From the NCBI GenBank assembly GCA_965223155.1, contig CBDCVR010000015.1:256001-320000 (forward strand): 64,000 nucleotides of DNA, written 5' to 3'. The notes beneath the pieces were generated by a model that searched no databases, was not told the DNA's origin, and was given only the letters and a program-made list of their open reading frames with translations. The DNA is from Candidatus Multivoradales bacterium. Lineage in GTDB: Bacteria > Acidobacteriota > Thermoanaerobaculia > Multivoradales > JAHEKO01. Position numbers and translations under genes: made by a program. Positions 45,726 through 54,836 of the stretch are shown here, one piece after another (positions within the stretch are counted from its first letter, which is position 1; every line of letters begins with the position of its first letter).

Positions 45726-45953
45726 CTACTTGCGGTACTGAAACTTGTCGAGGTGCTCTTCGACCAGGCGATGGACTCCCAGCCGCTGCAACTCGGCCGC
45801 CAGCACCAGCAGCTGATTGGCCGTGAGCGGGTGGTCCTTGTAGACGACAGTCAGCGTCTTCTTGAGCGCCGCGGCGAGCTCGGGATCCTGAAGCTGGGCG
45901 TCGGCGGCCACGGCGTCGGCGGGGAACTCAAGAACGTCCTTCGGCGGCTTCAT
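45726..45953 (-). CDS. Small hypothetical protein
   Basis: 75 aa with protein-like helical composition. Overlaps the ferredoxin 3' end. Confidence 0.55.
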   Translation of the reverse strand: MKPPKDVLEFPADAVAADAQLQDPELAAALKKTLTVVYKDHPLTANQLLVLAAELQRLGVHRLVEEHLDKFQYRK

Positions 45954-46296
45954 GCATCTCTTCGGGATCGTAGTCGTAGATGAGGGACCGAACCGTCAGG
46001 CTGGGAGCGGCTTCGACGCCTTCTTCCCATCCCCACATGTCGATCGTCTCCCAGGGACAGTAGCGGGCGCAAAGCTGGCAGCCGATGCAGCGCTCGAGAT
46101 CTACTTCGACCAGCTTCATGAACTCCGGATGCTCCGGACCGGGCACGATCTCGATGCAGTCCACCGGACAGAAGGCGATGCACGCTTCGCAGCCGGTGCA
46201 CCCGGTCTGGTCGATCACCGCCACCTGCTTGGGCGGCTTCGGCCTCGGGGCCTTGTCGATCTCGATCTTCTTGGAGTACGGAAAGTCGCCGGACAT
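45928..46296 (-). CDS. 2x[4Fe-4S] ferredoxin (RnfB-like dicluster domain)
   Basis: CTGCEACIAFCP and CIGCQLCARYCP. Confidence 0.9.
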   Translation of the reverse strand: MSGDFPYSKKIEIDKAPRPKPPKQVAVIDQTGCTGCEACIAFCPVDCIEIVPGPEHPEFMKLVEVDLERCIGCQLCARYCPWETIDMWGWEEGVEAAPSLTVRSLIYDYDPEEMHEAAEGRS

Positions 46297-46437
46297 GGCG
46301 GGCATCATAGCCTGGAACCGAAGGGCGTGCCAGGCGCTAGCGGGCTGCCGGTCCGGGTCGCGCGGAGCTACTCGGCACGGGACTTGGCCGGGCGTTTCAG
46401 AACCGCCTGGCGCTGGAACCCGTGGCAAAATCCACCC

Positions 46438-47280
46438 GTGCCGACCGGACTCGAAGACCGCATCTTGGATTGCATCCGGTCCGGGAGCCGCGCCGAATTC
46501 GAGAACCTGGCGGCCGAGCTCATCGGTCGGCAACGCAGCCCGGATAACCGCGTGAGCTGGCGCAAGCTCGAGCCCGAGCCGCCAAATACCACCCGGCCCC
46601 GGGCCGAGCCGGCTCTCCTTCGTGCCGCCCTCGACCTACAGTTGCCGCCGGCTCCAGCCTCGGGTCTCCGGGTACTGCTCGTGGCACCCGCTGACAACAC
46701 CGCCGCTGATACCACCGGTCGGGACGCCCTGATCGAGACGGTCTCCGAAATCCACCCGCTCGAGGAGCTCAACCCGCCCGGTGCCGCCACGGACCTCGTG
46801 GCGCTCCGCTCCTGGCTGGGTTCGCGGCAACGGGACGGGCGACCACTCGAGTTTGTAGCCACCTCCGCGGGCCTGGCCCGCGCTCTGGCGTTCCTGGAGC
46901 GGCGCAGGCTTCGGTTCCGGCTGCCGGCCGAGTCGCGGCTCTGGCTCCTGGTTGCCGGCCGCCCCCGATTGAATCAGGACCCGGCCGACGAGTCGGACTG
47001 GTGGCCAGCGGCCCAGGAGCGGCTAGGCCTCGCTCCGGAACGAATCCGGCGGCTTCTCTACCGATCCGAAGGCTCGGCCCTGGTGGAACGGCCTTCCGCA
47101 GGTGCCGACGGCCGGGGCGTCTTCCCGCTGCCGCACTGGATGGCCGCCGTTGAGACTTCCTCGGGAATCGCTCTCCTAGACCTCGTGCGGACCAGCGGCG
47201 GCGCCTACCGGATCGAAGAGCTCGACGTCGAACTCGACACCGAGCTCGAAAACGGCTCCTTGCGACTTCGGAACGGCTAG
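46438..47280 (+). CDS. Divergent LuxE/acyl-protein-synthetase-like protein
   Basis: FENLAAEL..RQ, RFRLP.ESR, LG...ERI, F..PHW and GI..LDL echo the LuxE-like order. Core motifs are absent. Confidence 0.45.
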   Translation: MPTGLEDRILDCIRSGSRAEFENLAAELIGRQRSPDNRVSWRKLEPEPPNTTRPRAEPALLRAALDLQLPPAPASGLRVLLVAPADNTAADTTGRDALIETVSEIHPLEELNPPGAATDLVALRSWLGSRQRDGRPLEFVATSAGLARALAFLERRRLRFRLPAESRLWLLVAGRPRLNQDPADESDWWPAAQERLGLAPERIRRLLYRSEGSALVERPSAGADGRGVFPLPHWMAAVETSSGIALLDLVRTSGGAYRIEELDVELDTELENGSLRLRNG

Positions 47281-47312
47281 CCGCCCGGTCTCAAAGCTCG
47301 TTTCCGTGCCGC

Positions 47313-48170
47313 TCAGCGGCCAGCCGCGAACCGTTCGAGAGCGGTCTCGGGGCTGCGCCAATCGTTGCCGGACAGCCGGCCGACCTCTCGGCCGTCGACG
47401 AAGATGACGCCCGTGGGTACCGACTTGATGTTGTAGCGTTCGGCCTCCGGCTCGCCCGAGAAGCCGCGCGCCAGCCCGTAGAACTCGAGGTCGAGGCCCG
47501 CGTCTTCGAGCTCCTGTCCCAGCCTCATGATCCGCGGCACCATCTGGCCGCAGGCCGGACACCAACTGCCGAAGAAAACCCGGACGCGAATCTCGGCGTC
47601 CGAAGTGCGGAGCTTCTCGACCATGTCCGCGGACGGCTGGTAGACCTCGGCCCGCCGGGAGTAGATCTTGGAGCTGTCGAACATGCTGCTCAGGTCGAAC
47701 AGGCCCAGAAGCGGGGGCTTGGGCTTGAGACGCAGCTCCTTACCAGCCACCTGGAAGACGACGTTCGATCCCAGAACCTGGAACGGCGCGTGCCGCGCGA
47801 GCACCGGATCGGGAAGCAGATCGACGTGATCGGAGCCCTTCTTGACCATCTTCAGAATATGAATCGACTCCACCGCGCGGGTTCGCGGCCAGAGTAGAAC
47901 CGGCGCTTCCAGGGAAGAAGACCTCAGGAGGATCGCGCGCGAACCGTGTGCCGCGTAGATCGAAGCACCGGCATCGTCCGCGCCATCCACCACCAGAATG
48001 TAGTCGTCGATGAGCTCGAAACCGGGGTTCGCCTGGCCGGGCTGCGATTCCGCGGCAACCGGGCCTCCGAAGGCGAGCAGCAAGGCCAGCGCGCAAGCGG
48101 CCAACCAAAAGCTGGCCGGCCCGCTACGCCTGGAGGGATTGGTGGTTGCGGCAAGTCGAGTACGTAGCAT
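47313..48170 (-). CDS. Exported thioredoxin-family protein
   Basis: Signal peptide, FFGSWCPAC and YNIKSVPT...DGREVGR. Confidence 0.85.
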   Translation of the reverse strand: MLRTRLAATTNPSRRSGPASFWLAACALALLLAFGGPVAAESQPGQANPGFELIDDYILVVDGADDAGASIYAAHGSRAILLRSSSLEAPVLLWPRTRAVESIHILKMVKKGSDHVDLLPDPVLARHAPFQVLGSNVVFQVAGKELRLKPKPPLLGLFDLSSMFDSSKIYSRRAEVYQPSADMVEKLRTSDAEIRVRVFFGSWCPACGQMVPRIMRLGQELEDAGLDLEFYGLARGFSGEPEAERYNIKSVPTGVIFVDGREVGRLSGNDWRSPETALERFAAGR

Positions 48171-48257
48171 GGTCGGAATCCTCGTCGGGTCGGGCGTCGG
48201 GTCGAACGGGACGCTCCCCTACCGGAGGGCCCGTGGCGGCGATCTTACCTGCGAAGT

Positions 48258-49364
48258 TCATTCCAGGCCCATACCGGAGCTATCAGAGTCATTGGAGCTA
48301 TCAGAGCCAGCGGAGCCATCGAAGCCAGCGGAGCCAGCGGACTCGGCGAAACCCGTCCAGGTGGCGGTGACCGTTCCGGAGCTAACCGCGAAACTCCGCG
48401 GCAGCTCGCGATAGAGAGGCCGCATCAAGGGTTCGGGTACCTCCCGGACCTCGAATCTGGGGCCCCAGGTCCAGAAGAATCCCTGGATCTCGTCCTCGGG
48501 AGCGGTGGTGAGGAGCCAAACCGACGCCTCCCCGCCGGCTTGGCGGTTGAGCGCGTCCACCATCGCCTCGGTGTCGCCGGCCTCGAGAGCGGCCATCGTG
48601 ACCAGATGCTCGCCCTCCAGGAGCTCCGGAACGAGCAGGTCCAGACAGGCTCGCTCGGCGCCCTCCCGCTCCGATCCCACGCACAGGGCCTCGATCTCGA
48701 CCCCCGGCGCCAGCCGCGTCGCGACGTCGTCCAAGGGCAGCGACGGCGCCAGCCAGGTGAAGAGTCCGGTAGCCGCGGCTACCGCCACCGCCAAGCCCCG
48801 CCGCCAGCGGCCGGCAAGCGAGCGCAATGGCCGCAACGCGACTGCCAGCAGGTAGGGCGGCACCAGCAGCAACAGGTCCTGCCAGAAGGCCTGGGCCGGC
48901 GTCCGATCGACCAGATTGCCGAAACAGCCACAGGCCGCGGCCTCGTCCAACTCGCCGCTTAGAAACTTGAGATACGTACGCGCCGTCAACAGCACGAAGA
49001 CCAGCACGAGCGCGCCAACCGGCAATAACGTCTTGCGGCGCAAGCCGAGAACCAGCGCGGCCCCGAGTCCGGCCTCCAGAACGACTGCGATCCAGGCCAC
49101 CCAGGGGGCCGGCAGCAGAACATCCAGTCCCTCAAAGCGAATCTGCTCGGCAAAGGCGGCCGGATCGACCGCCTTGGCGGCCGCGGCAACCAGAAACACG
49201 ACGCCGAGAAGGGCGGCCGCGAGTCTTCCGATGGTTTGGCCGATGTGTTGGCCGCCGGGTCGACCAGCAGATTGGCCGGTGGGCTGGCCGTTCCCGGAAG
49301 CGGGACCCACGACGGGCTCCGATTCCACAGGATCGTCCGAGACAGCTTGTTGAAGGTCGGTCAT
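48258..49364 (-). CDS. MauE/DoxX-family redox membrane protein
   Basis: G.VFL.AA.AK..DP..F, E..LG.AL and ACGCFG. Confidence 0.85.
   Translation of the reverse strand: MTDLQQAVSDDPVESEPVVGPASGNGQPTGQSAGRPGGQHIGQTIGRLAAALLGVVFLVAAAAKAVDPAAFAEQIRFEGLDVLLPAPWVAWIAVVLEAGLGAALVLGLRRKTLLPVGALVLVFVLLTARTYLKFLSGELDEAAACGCFGNLVDRTPAQAFWQDLLLLVPPYLLAVALRPLRSLAGRWRRGLAVAVAAATGLFTWLAPSLPLDDVATRLAPGVEIEALCVGSEREGAERACLDLLVPELLEGEHLVTMAALEAGDTEAMVDALNRQAGGEASVWLLTTAPEDEIQGFFWTWGPRFEVREVPEPLMRPLYRELPRSFAVSSGTVTATWTGFAESAGSAGFDGSAGSDSSNDSDSSGMGLE
48276..48341. repeat. Degenerate 9/18-bp tandem repeat in the MauE-like C-terminus
   Basis: GGAGCTATCAGAG twice, 18 bp apart, then 9-mers like CCAGCGGAG. Encodes SAGSAGFDGSAGSDSSNDSDSS. 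Confidence 0.7.
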
Positions 49365-49369
49365 GGTGG

Positions 49370-52246
49370 TCAGCCGGCGGCCGCTAGCGTATCGCCGGTC
49401 CCCGCTCCGTCGCTCCGGTGCCAGCGCACGTGCCGGCGCAACTCATCGGCGGTGGCGCCCTCGCCCGAGCGCAGAAACTCGGAAACCGGCCCCGAGAACA
49501 CCAGACGGCCGCCATGGTGACCGCCACCGGGCCCGAGATCGACGACCCAGTCGCAACGGGCGATGAAGTCGGAGCTGTGCTCGACGACCAGCACCGAGTG
49601 ACCGGCCTCGACCAGCCGGCCCAGAGTCCGGCTGAGCAGATCGATGTCGGCAAAATGGAGCCCCGTCGTGGGCTCATCGAAGAGGAACAGGCGGGACTTG
49701 TCGGACGCGCGCTCGCCCAGAAACGACGCCAGCTTCAGACGTTGGGCCTCCCCGCCGGACAGGGTCGACGTCGGCTGGCCGAGGCGCAGATATCCGAGGC
49801 CGGCGTCGGCCAGAAGCTGGAGACGCCGGCACAGGCGCGGGTGGGCGGCGAAGTGCTCCAGAGCTCCGTCCACCGAAAGATCCAGCGTCTCGGCGACGGT
49901 CAGGTCCCGGAAGCGCACGGTCAGGATCTCCGGCCGGAAGCGCCGCCCCTGGCACTCATCGCACGGGATGGTCACCGGGGCCATGAACTGCATGTCCACC
50001 TCGACCTCGCCAGAGCCTTCGCAGACCGGGCACCGTCCCTTGTTCACGTTGAAGGAGAAATGGCCGGCCGTGATTCCCCGCCGGCGCGCGCTGGGGGTCG
50101 CGGCAAACAGCTTCCGGATCTCATCGTAGGCCTTGATCGAGGTCGCCGGATTCGACCGCTTGGACCGGCCCAGGGGCCGCTGATCCACCAGCACCACGTC
50201 TTCGAGGCCTTCGAACCCGAAAAGCCCGGTCACCGCTCCGCGTTCCTGATCGACCGAGCGCTTGCGGCCGGCCAGGTTGGCGTAGATGACGTTCTCGACC
50301 AGAGTCGACTTGCCCGAGCCGGAGACCCCGGTCACCGCCACCAGAGCGTTCTGCGGGAACTCGACGTCCAGGCATTGCAGGTTGTGGGCTCGCGCTCCTT
50401 CGACCCGGAAACTGGGCCCGCTGGCTCCCCTGGCCCGGCGCTCGCCGCTCGGCCGCCGCCGCTCGCGCCGGAAGCGCTCGACGTGCCGGCGGGCGTCGGT
50501 CGGCAGCCGCCGCAAGTACTTGCCAGTCGCCGACTCGGGACACGCGGCGATCTCTTCGACCGTGCCCTCGGCAACCACTTCGCCTCCCTTCTCGCCCGCC
50601 ACCGGTCCTAGATCGATGACGTGATCGGCCCGTTCGATCACCGTCCGGTCGTGTTCGACCACCAGCACCGTATTGCCGCGGTCGGCGAGAGCTCGCAGAA
50701 TCGAGACCAGCCGTCCACTGTCGGCCGGGTGGAGTCCCACCGTCGGCTCGTCCAGGACGTAGAGCGTGCTGGTGAGGCCGGAGCCGAGAGCGGCGGCGAG
50801 TTGAATGCGCTGGATCTCGCCTCCGGAAAGAGTGCGCGCCTGCCGGTCCAGGGTCAGGTAGTCGAGACCGACCCGTTCGAGAATTCCGACCCGGCGCTCC
50901 AGTTCCTCGAGCAGGCGGGCGCCGACCTCGCGCTCGCGATCCGACCACTCGCCGCCGGCGACCCAGGCCGCGAGCTCCCCGACGCTCATCGCCATCAACT
51001 TCGCCAGAGGCGCGTCGCGTACGAACACCGCCCGGGCCGCCGGCTTCAAACGGCTGCCGCCGCAGTCCGGACAGGCGTCGTAGGAGCGGTAGCGCGCCAG
51101 CAGCACGCGGACGTGGACACGATACGACTTGCGCTCCAACCGACGAAAGAACCGATCCAGATTGACGAAATCGCCGGTGCCGCTCCACACGAACTCCCGC
51201 TCGCCGGCGCTGAGCTCGCGCCACGGCCGGTCCGTGGGCACGCCTTCTTCCGCGCAAGCGGCCAGTAGCCGTTTGAGGTACTTGCGCTTCGAGTCGGTGG
51301 TCCAGGGCGCGATCGCGCCGCTCTCCAGAGTCAGATCCTCGTCGGGCACCACCCGGCGCCGGTCGACGCCGATCACCCGGCCGAAGCCCTGGCAGGTCGA
51401 ACAGGCCCCGAGCGGCGAGTTGAACGAGAACAGCGCCGGCTGGGGCCGGACGAAGTCCCGGCCGCAGCTCGGGCAAGCCGGACTGGTGGCGAGGAACCTG
51501 CGCCCGCCACCCTCGAGGTCTAGAAGCTCGAGCCGGCCTCGGCCCAAGGCCAGCGCCTCCTCCACCGCTCCGGCCAGGCGCTCCGGCGAAGAGTCGGTCG
51601 TGAGCTTGGCGACGACGACCGTGAGCTCAGACTGGTCCTTGGTCCAGGTGGATCGCGAATTCAGTGTCTCGATCTCTCCGCCCCGCCATCTCCGGCGATA
51701 TCCCTGCCGGACCAGCTCGCGCAAGGCGATGGTTGCGGCCCGCTTCGGTCGGGGAACGGAAGCCGCGAGTACGAAGCGCTCGCCGGCCCCGCCCGTGGCG
51801 AGCTCGGTCACGATCTCGTCGACGCTCATGGCTCGAGCGGGGAGATCGTGCTCCGGACAGCGAACCTCACCCAGGTGGGTGTAGAGAAGTCGCAGCACGT
51901 CGGCCAGCTCGCTCAACGTAGCCACGGTCGAGCGCGCGTTGCGCACCGTGTTCTTGGCTTCGAGCGCCACCGCCGGCAGGACGTTGCACACCTCATCGAC
52001 CGGCGGCCGCTCCATCTGGCGCAGGAACTGGCGAGCGTAGGTCGAGATCGACTCGACGAACCGACGCTGACCCTCGGCGTAGATCGTGTCGAAAGCCAGC
52101 GACGACTTGCCCGCGCCGGAAAGGCCCGTGACCACGGTGAGCCGGCCGTGCGGGATCCGGCAATCCACGTTCTTGAGATTGTGGGTACGGGCGCCCCGAA
52201 CCTGGATCGCCGGATGCGGAACCGCTTCTTCTCTCGTTGCCGCCAT
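49370..52246 (-). CDS. uvrA: UvrA-family excinuclease ATPase (probably a paralog)
   Basis: [31 protein letters not shown], Zn fingers, LSGGE twice and GVSGSGKST. Confidence 0.92.
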   Translation of the reverse strand: MAATREEAVPHPAIQVRGARTHNLKNVDCRIPHGRLTVVTGLSGAGKSSLAFDTIYAEGQRRFVESISTYARQFLRQMERPPVDEVCNVLPAVALEAKNTVRNARSTVATLSELADVLRLLYTHLGEVRCPEHDLPARAMSVDEIVTELATGGAGERFVLAASVPRPKRAATIALRELVRQGYRRRWRGGEIETLNSRSTWTKDQSELTVVVAKLTTDSSPERLAGAVEEALALGRGRLELLDLEGGGRRFLATSPACPSCGRDFVRPQPALFSFNSPLGACSTCQGFGRVIGVDRRRVVPDEDLTLESGAIAPWTTDSKRKYLKRLLAACAEEGVPTDRPWRELSAGEREFVWSGTGDFVNLDRFFRRLERKSYRVHVRVLLARYRSYDACPDCGGSRLKPAARAVFVRDAPLAKLMAMSVGELAAWVAGGEWSDREREVGARLLEELERRVGILERVGLDYLTLDRQARTLSGGEIQRIQLAAALGSGLTSTLYVLDEPTVGLHPADSGRLVSILRALADRGNTVLVVEHDRTVIERADHVIDLGPVAGEKGGEVVAEGTVEEIAACPESATGKYLRRLPTDARRHVERFRRERRRPSGERRARGASGPSFRVEGARAHNLQCLDVEFPQNALVAVTGVSGSGKSTLVENVIYANLAGRKRSVDQERGAVTGLFGFEGLEDVVLVDQRPLGRSKRSNPATSIKAYDEIRKLFAATPSARRRGITAGHFSFNVNKGRCPVCEGSGEVEVDMQFMAPVTIPCDECQGRRFRPEILTVRFRDLTVAETLDLSVDGALEHFAAHPRLCRRLQLLADAGLGYLRLGQPTSTLSGGEAQRLKLASFLGERASDKSRLFLFDEPTTGLHFADIDLLSRTLGRLVEAGHSVLVVEHSSDFIARCDWVVDLGPGGGHHGGRLVFSGPVSEFLRSGEGATADELRRHVRWHRSDGAGTGDTLAAAG

Positions 52247-52357
52247 GACCGTGGGTTTCCAGCGCGAGCCGCTGCTCGCCCAGCCCCCGATCCTATCGCT
52301 CCTCCAAGTCGGCCTCCGCGTCCGCTTCGCCAGAAGCTAGAGGCGCTGGCGCGCCGG

Positions 52358-54772
52358 TCAGGGACGCCGGCCGGCGCGGCCGCGGCCGAACACTTTGGAC
52401 AGCCAGCGCCAAGGCCGGCGCCGCTCGCTGTCCACCGATCCGGAATCGACGGCGACCGCCCACTCAGGCCAATCGCCATGCAGCCGGCACAGCTGCGAGG
52501 GAACGTCCTCGGGCACGAAGTACTCGGTCAGGATCTTTGGGCAGGCATCGGTCGCCAGATCGCCGGTGGCCGGATCGACCACCGCAGTGACCACCCCCGC
52601 CGGTTGCCTGGGAAGCCCGTAGCCCGCGGCCGGACGCACCTTGGCGACGTAGCGCGCCCAGATCGGCAGCGCCGCGCGGGCACCCGAGAGCCGCGTCGGG
52701 GCGTTGTCGTCGTAGCCGACCCAGACCAGCGTCGCGAGCTCGGGCGAGAAGCCCCCGAACCAGCTGTCGCGCCGGTCGTTGGTGGTGCCGGTCTTGCCGG
52801 CCAACCGGTCCTCGATGCCCAGCTTCCGCACGCTCCTGGCAGTGCCCCGATCCAGGACCCCCTGCATCATGGTGGTCAGAACGAAGCTGATCTCCTGGCT
52901 CAGGACCCGTTCGGGCTCCGGCAACGCCTGGCCTTCGATCGCCCCCCCGGACTCGTTCAGGACTCCGCGCAGACCGTGCACGGGCGGCCTGACGCCGGCG
53001 GCGCCGAAGGTCGCGTACACCGTGGCCAGGTCGAGCGGCGTCACCTCGAAAGCGCCCAACGCCAGCGCCGGCACCCGCTCCATCGGCGTGCGCACTCCCA
53101 GAGCGCGAGCCGTTGCGATGACCTCGGGCAAGCCCACGTCTAGGGCGACCCGGACGGTCGGGATGTTGAGACTGCGCTCGAAGGCTTCGCGCACGCTCAC
53201 CCAGCCGCGGAAATCCCCGTCCGAGTTGCTCGGCGACCAGCGCCGGCCGGCCAGCGCCACCGTGATGGGCGCGTCTTCGACGAAGGAGGCGGGCGAAACC
53301 GTCCCGGCTTCCAGGGCCGCCGCGTAGACGATTGGCTTGAACGCGCTGCCGGCCTGACGGTGGGCGGTCGCGGCCCGGTCGAACTGGCTCGAGCCGTAGT
53401 CTCTGCCGCCCAGGTAGGCCCGCACGGCGCCCGTGCGCGGATCGATCGACACCAGCGCCGCCTGGAGCTCGCCGGTCCGTCCCCGGCCCTTCTCCCAGCC
53501 GGACTCGAGCGCTTCGACGCCCCAGTCCACCGCCGCTTCGGCGGCCGCCTGCATCCTGTGGTCGAGGGTCGAGAGCAGCGCCAGGCCAGCGTCTTCGATC
53601 TCTCCGACACCGAAGCGCTCCCGGGCTTCGCTCCGAACCCAATCGGCGAAGTAGGGCGCGGCGCGTAGCGGCGTCGAGCGCGGCTCGAAGCAAAGCGGCT
53701 CGGCCTTACCGCTCTCGGCGGCCTCGGCGGGCAACCACTCGAGCTCGGCCATTCGATCCAAGACCCAGTTGCGCCGCGCCAGCGCCCGCTCGGGAGCCGC
53801 CTCCGGCGAGTAGCGGCCCGGGGATCGAATGACCGCGGCCAGGAGCGCGGACTCGCACAGATCGAGCTCGGCCACGTCCTTGCCGAAATAGGCCCAGGCC
53901 GCCGCTCCCACGCCGATCACGTTGACCGAACCGTCCGAGCCCCAGTAGATCTCGTTCAGGTAGGCGCTCAGGATCGCTTCCTTGGCATAGCGGAGATCCA
54001 CCAGGACCGCCAGCAGCACCTCCCGCAGCTTCCGCGCCAGCGTGCGCTCGTGAGTCAGGAAGAGGTTCTTGACCAACTGCTGGGTCAAGGTGCTGCCTCC
54101 CTGCTGGAGCTCCCGGCCGCGCAGGTTGATCCAGAAAGCGCGGGCGATGCCACGCACCGACAACCCCGCGTGCTGGAAGAATCCGGCGTCTTCCGCGGCC
54201 AGGACTGCATGAATCAGAGACTGGGGAACGCGTTCGAGAGCCACCGGCCGCTTGTCGCGCCGGTCCTCCCCCAGGAAGGTGGTCAGGATCACCGGCTCGA
54301 GCTCGGCCCGGAGTACTTCCTGCCCGGCCCACGAGATCGCTTGCACCCGATCGCGGGCGAAGCGAACGCTCAGCCGGGCCGGCGCCAGCCAGCCGTCGGC
54401 CGTGGGACGCCGCCTCAGGAACACCTCGAGCTCACGGCCGCTCCAGCGAAACTCCCCGGTCCGCTCCGGCTGGCTCTCGACCTTCCGGTAGCCCAGACGG
54501 GCCAGCTCGTCCAGGAGCTCACCCGATCGAACCCGGGCGCCGAGCTCCAGGTCCATTGCCCGGGCGTACAGCCGCGAAGGCTGCTCCGAGCGCACCGCCT
54601 CGAGCTGGGTCGCAAGCTGCCAAAACGGCCAGATCAGCCAGCCCGCGGCGACCAGGGCGGCCACCAAGGCGGCGCCTCCGACGACTCGCCAGTGCCGGCC
54701 GAGCCAAGCCACAGGCCCGCCCGGGGCGGACTTCTTCGTGTTCCGCCGCGCGCCTCGCCGTTTCCGAGTCAT
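52358..54772 (-). CDS. mrcB: Class A penicillin-binding protein PBP1B
   Basis: TM anchor and UB2H-like region. AEDAGFFQH, GGSTLTQQLVKN, GSAFKP (SxxK), SLN and KTGT. Confidence 0.92.
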   Translation of the reverse strand: MTRKRRGARRNTKKSAPGGPVAWLGRHWRVVGGAALVAALVAAGWLIWPFWQLATQLEAVRSEQPSRLYARAMDLELGARVRSGELLDELARLGYRKVESQPERTGEFRWSGRELEVFLRRRPTADGWLAPARLSVRFARDRVQAISWAGQEVLRAELEPVILTTFLGEDRRDKRPVALERVPQSLIHAVLAAEDAGFFQHAGLSVRGIARAFWINLRGRELQQGGSTLTQQLVKNLFLTHERTLARKLREVLLAVLVDLRYAKEAILSAYLNEIYWGSDGSVNVIGVGAAAWAYFGKDVAELDLCESALLAAVIRSPGRYSPEAAPERALARRNWVLDRMAELEWLPAEAAESGKAEPLCFEPRSTPLRAAPYFADWVRSEARERFGVGEIEDAGLALLSTLDHRMQAAAEAAVDWGVEALESGWEKGRGRTGELQAALVSIDPRTGAVRAYLGGRDYGSSQFDRAATAHRQAGSAFKPIVYAAALEAGTVSPASFVEDAPITVALAGRRWSPSNSDGDFRGWVSVREAFERSLNIPTVRVALDVGLPEVIATARALGVRTPMERVPALALGAFEVTPLDLATVYATFGAAGVRPPVHGLRGVLNESGGAIEGQALPEPERVLSQEISFVLTTMMQGVLDRGTARSVRKLGIEDRLAGKTGTTNDRRDSWFGGFSPELATLVWVGYDDNAPTRLSGARAALPIWARYVAKVRPAAGYGLPRQPAGVVTAVVDPATGDLATDACPKILTEYFVPEDVPSQLCRLHGDWPEWAVAVDSGSVDSERRRPWRWLSKVFGRGRAGRRP

Positions 54773-54836
54773 GCCGGGCCCCGAAAAGTGCAACTTCCAC
54801 GCCACCTTACGGGCCGCGTGCTATCCTCCCCGCCCC

